From: Chloroflexota bacterium
GTDB taxonomy: Bacteria > Chloroflexota > Limnocylindria > P2-11E
Assembly: GCA_034666765.1 (NCBI GenBank)
Contig: JAXDLF010000085.1
Coordinates: 1-45,761, forward strand
DNA: 45,761 bases
Direction: 5' to 3'
Shown here piece by piece: positions 45,420 to 45,761 of the stretch. The position numbers and the translations under genes were made by a program. Positions within the stretch are counted from its first letter, which is position 1. The number at the start of each line of letters is the position of its first letter. Below the pieces are notes generated by a model. That model was not told where the DNA came from and ran no database searches. It saw nothing but the letters and a program-made list of their open reading frames with translations.

Positions 45420-45761
45420 CGATCCAGGAGATCGACGAGGCCGTCTGGGGCGCGCGGGCCGACGGGGTTGCCGCGCTGGAGCGCGAGCTCGCGCGCATGC
45501 GCCGGTCGATGGGCGCGCACGCCAAGGAGCAGGGGGTGCCGGTCGCGCGCGCGTCGGTGCTCAACCTCGTCGTGTTCGCGACGCGCGACGCGCACGCGCG
45601 GCGGGCGGCCACCACCATCGACGAGCTGGCCACCCGGCACCCGTCGCGCGCGATCGTCGTGCTCGCCGATCGGCACCGTGAGGGACAGGCGCCGGGGCTC
45701 GAGATGCACTATCACCTCAACCGTCCGTCAGGCCTCCACCAGGTGAGCTGCGAGCAGATCC
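45416..45761 (+). CDS. opcA: Glucose-6-phosphate dehydrogenase assembly protein OpcA (partial; continues beyond the right edge)
   Basis: By my own translation, the ATG at 45416 overlaps the zwf stop (ATGA). The sequence reads MTIQEIDEAVWGARADGVAALERELARMRR...ASVLNLVVFATRDAHARRAATTIDELATRHPSRAIVVLAD. The OpcA-typical N-terminus and the zwf-opcA adjacency support the call. Confidence 0.8.
   Translation, partial: MTIQEIDEAVWGARADGVAALERELARMRRSMGAHAKEQGVPVARASVLNLVVFATRDAHARRAATTIDELATRHPSRAIVVLADRHREGQAPGLEMHYHLNRPSGLHQVSCEQI

Overview
This is a visibly GC-rich (by eye about 70% G+C), almost fully coding bacterial chromosomal segment. Its gene content looks like a high-GC Terrabacteria genome (actinobacterial/Chloroflexi-like): phosphatidylinositol-mannoside lipid genes, OpcA, PdxST, DarA and RicT. 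I can support about 48 protein genes, one tRNA-Arg(CCG), one intrinsic terminator and a handful of small repeats or regulatory candidates. I saw no rRNA, CRISPR array, transposase, integrase, prophage or recognisable defence genes.

Gene order, left to right:
- Response regulator (partial), then an MFS / small membrane protein / 7TM-HD-GYP operon, then a stand-alone 25-aa sORF.
- A long minus-strand operon: pdxS-pdxT-(double GNAT-like)-R3H ATPase-tmk-darA.
- An HNH protein, two tandem GT4 glycosyltransferases, then holB-ricT.
- Polyprenyl synthase, a class A PBP, then an orphan ATPase plus a 64-aa partner.
- GH65, tRNA-Arg, tatC, rarA, csoR.
- An ArsR-headed phosphatidylinositol/PIM operon: PIP synthase, ino1, two acyltransferases, a PHP phosphoesterase, pimA.
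- CoA-transferase and enoyl-CoA hydratase, then a BON protein.
- ACT-malic enzyme and a liv-type ABC transporter, then lemA-htpX-beta-propeller.
- A transketolase divergent from gnd-zwf-opcA.

Many ORFs in the supplied track are over-extended at the 5' end or are antisense shadow ORFs, which is typical of high-GC DNA. I trimmed starts where ATGA/GTGA stop-start overlaps, SD motifs or family N-termini support it.

Most noteworthy observations:
1. A single in-frame TAG interrupts an otherwise intact ~620-aa transketolase at a conserved Tyr codon.
2. The PI/PIM operon is translationally coupled to an ArsR regulator and contains a PHP phosphoesterase, a candidate for the unassigned PIP-phosphatase step, plus a duplicated acyltransferase.
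3. A well-signalled 25-aa hydrophobic sORF lies between c-di-GMP and c-di-AMP signalling genes.
4. An uncharacterised ATPase plus 64-aa two-gene module sits behind a repeated TGTATACG motif.
5. A 51-bp palindromic repeat family flanks the BON gene.

I did not find a clear-cut novel multi-gene system. All functional calls rest on my own motif and family recognition without database searches.
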